From: a virus
Length of the DNA: 64,000 nucleotides
Reading direction: 5' to 3' (one strand)
IMG/VR virus record: IMGVR_UViG_3300042090_002405
Location: 1-64,000 of that record
Each line of letters starts with the position of its first letter. Position 1 is the first letter of the stretch. A program made the translations under genes and the position numbers. Below are positions 63,234-64,000 of this stretch, one piece after another. The notes under the pieces are model-generated. The model saw nothing but the letters and a program-made list of their open reading frames with translations, searched no databases and was not told the DNA's origin.

Positions 63234-63788
63234 TCACCTTCTCCTTCCGCCGCCGCCGCCGCCCGAGAAGACAGCGCCCATCGCCAAAAACGCAGCGACA
63301 CCCACGCCACCCAGAACGAGCGTGCTCTTCTTGAGAAACCACGGCGAGGGCTCCTCGATCGGTGCCGCTGGTGCCGCCTGTGCCGTCGCGACTGGCGCCG
63401 CAGAGGGCCCGTCCGCGGCCGTACCGCTGTCAGCCGGATGCGCCTTCGATTGCGTGTACTCGTGCTTTGAGCTGCGCTTCGCCGTTACGATTCCGCCGCC
63501 GCAATTGCTCTGCCCATGCCCCGCCCACCACGATGGTCGCGGATGGCAACCTGCCGGGGCACCCGGGGATACAGCTTGCGCGGCCTTTGCCGTGGACGCG
63601 CCGTACTTTCCATCGGGCGTGAGCCCCGCGGCCGTCTGGAAGTTGCACACGAGCTGCACGTTCGCGAGGTCGCACGGATCTACCTGTGCGAGTGTCATGG
63701 CGAACGCTTGCGATGAGCCCGTGTCGTCGCCGATCCCGACGGCGCGGACCGCGCGCCCGTTGTACCGAAGAGAGAACATCAGCGCCAA
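63234..63788 (-). CDS. Peptidoglycan-binding-domain protein with C-terminal TM anchor
   Basis: FQTAAGLTPDGKYGAST (PG_binding_1 signature); TM helix then RRR; start may be 63779. Confidence 0.75.
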   Translation of the reverse strand: MALMFSLRYNGRAVRAVGIGDDTGSSQAFAMTLAQVDPCDLANVQLVCNFQTAAGLTPDGKYGASTAKAAQAVSPGAPAGCHPRPSWWAGHGQSNCGGGIVTAKRSSKHEYTQSKAHPADSGTAADGPSAAPVATAQAAPAAPIEEPSPWFLKKSTLVLGGVGVAAFLAMGAVFSGGGGGGRRR

Positions 63789-64000
63789 GCCTTCGCAATA
63801 GTCGCAGGTAATGCGGGTGCCGCCGAGGGCGCGGCTCGATGTCCGTGCGATCTCGATCCGCCCTTCTTTCGGGCCATGTGAACGACACCCGCAACGAGTG
63901 CAACTCCGGCCAGCCCGATCCCCACCTTGGCCGGCGTGCTGAGATTGCGGAACTTGTCGAGCGCCGACGAAGCGGACGGTGGCACCGGGGAGGGAGCCGC
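63779..64000 (-). CDS. 3' end of a membrane protein with C-terminal TM anchor (partial)
   Basis: VGIGLAGVALVAGVV followed by RKK; the frame runs to the window edge. Confidence 0.55.
   Translation of the reverse strand, partial: AAPSPVPPSASSALDKFRNLSTPAKVGIGLAGVALVAGVVHMARKKGGSRSHGHRAAPSAAPALPATIAKAWR

Larger units (their letters stand above)
1..64000. mobile_element. Segment of a large temperate phage/virus-like element, probable Myxococcota host
   Basis: Dense, translationally coupled small ORFs, phage-type replication genes, two tyrosine recombinases, fibre-like proteins, no housekeeping genes; element ends not visible. Confidence 0.85.

Noticed and set aside
1-64000. Diversity-generating retroelement, tRNA genes or CRISPR array
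   Set aside because: No reverse transcriptase, adenine-specific repeat pair, cloverleaf or repeat-spacer pattern seen by eye; tRNAscan and repeat finders were not run.

Overview
GC-rich 64-kb segment of a large, probably temperate virus (or virus-derived episome); no host housekeeping genes, rRNA, tRNA or CRISPR array seen. The host is probably a myxobacterium (Myxococcota), inferred from a wHTH protein resembling a family I associate with Polyangiaceae, a sigma54-type promoter, and Cys-rich secreted proteins with DAG motifs. Layout: (1-11.6 kb) a rearranged accessory region with Rnl2-like RNA ligase, an AAA-ATPase/metallopeptidase-VWA operon, a Cre-like recombinase, gene fragments, repeats and promoter-cargo-RHH cassettes; (11.6-26.5 kb) replication genes: DnaA-domain-IV-like protein, Dam-type methylase, RecD/Dda helicase, UDG-PolA fusion with an HNH intein, SSB-like protein, AAA_24 ATPase, HNH, D5-type helicase with an embedded ori-like repeat array, PD-(D/E)xK nuclease, SNF2 helicase; (26.5-32.2 kb) small ORFs and regulators; (32.2-64 kb) mostly minus-strand putative virion/membrane/lysis genes with a second tyrosine recombinase, papain-like peptidase, two glycosyltransferases and a lytic transglycosylase. 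The most striking observation is that four otherwise unrelated fibre/spike-like proteins share an N-terminal motif G-[ILT]-K-N-[KR]-S-P-x-T-Y, suggesting a plug-in docking system. No terminase, portal, capsid or tail genes were recognised in the window. Several CDS starts were moved from the ORF track to the start supported by an RBS or stop/start overlap. Family names come from motif recognition, not database searches.
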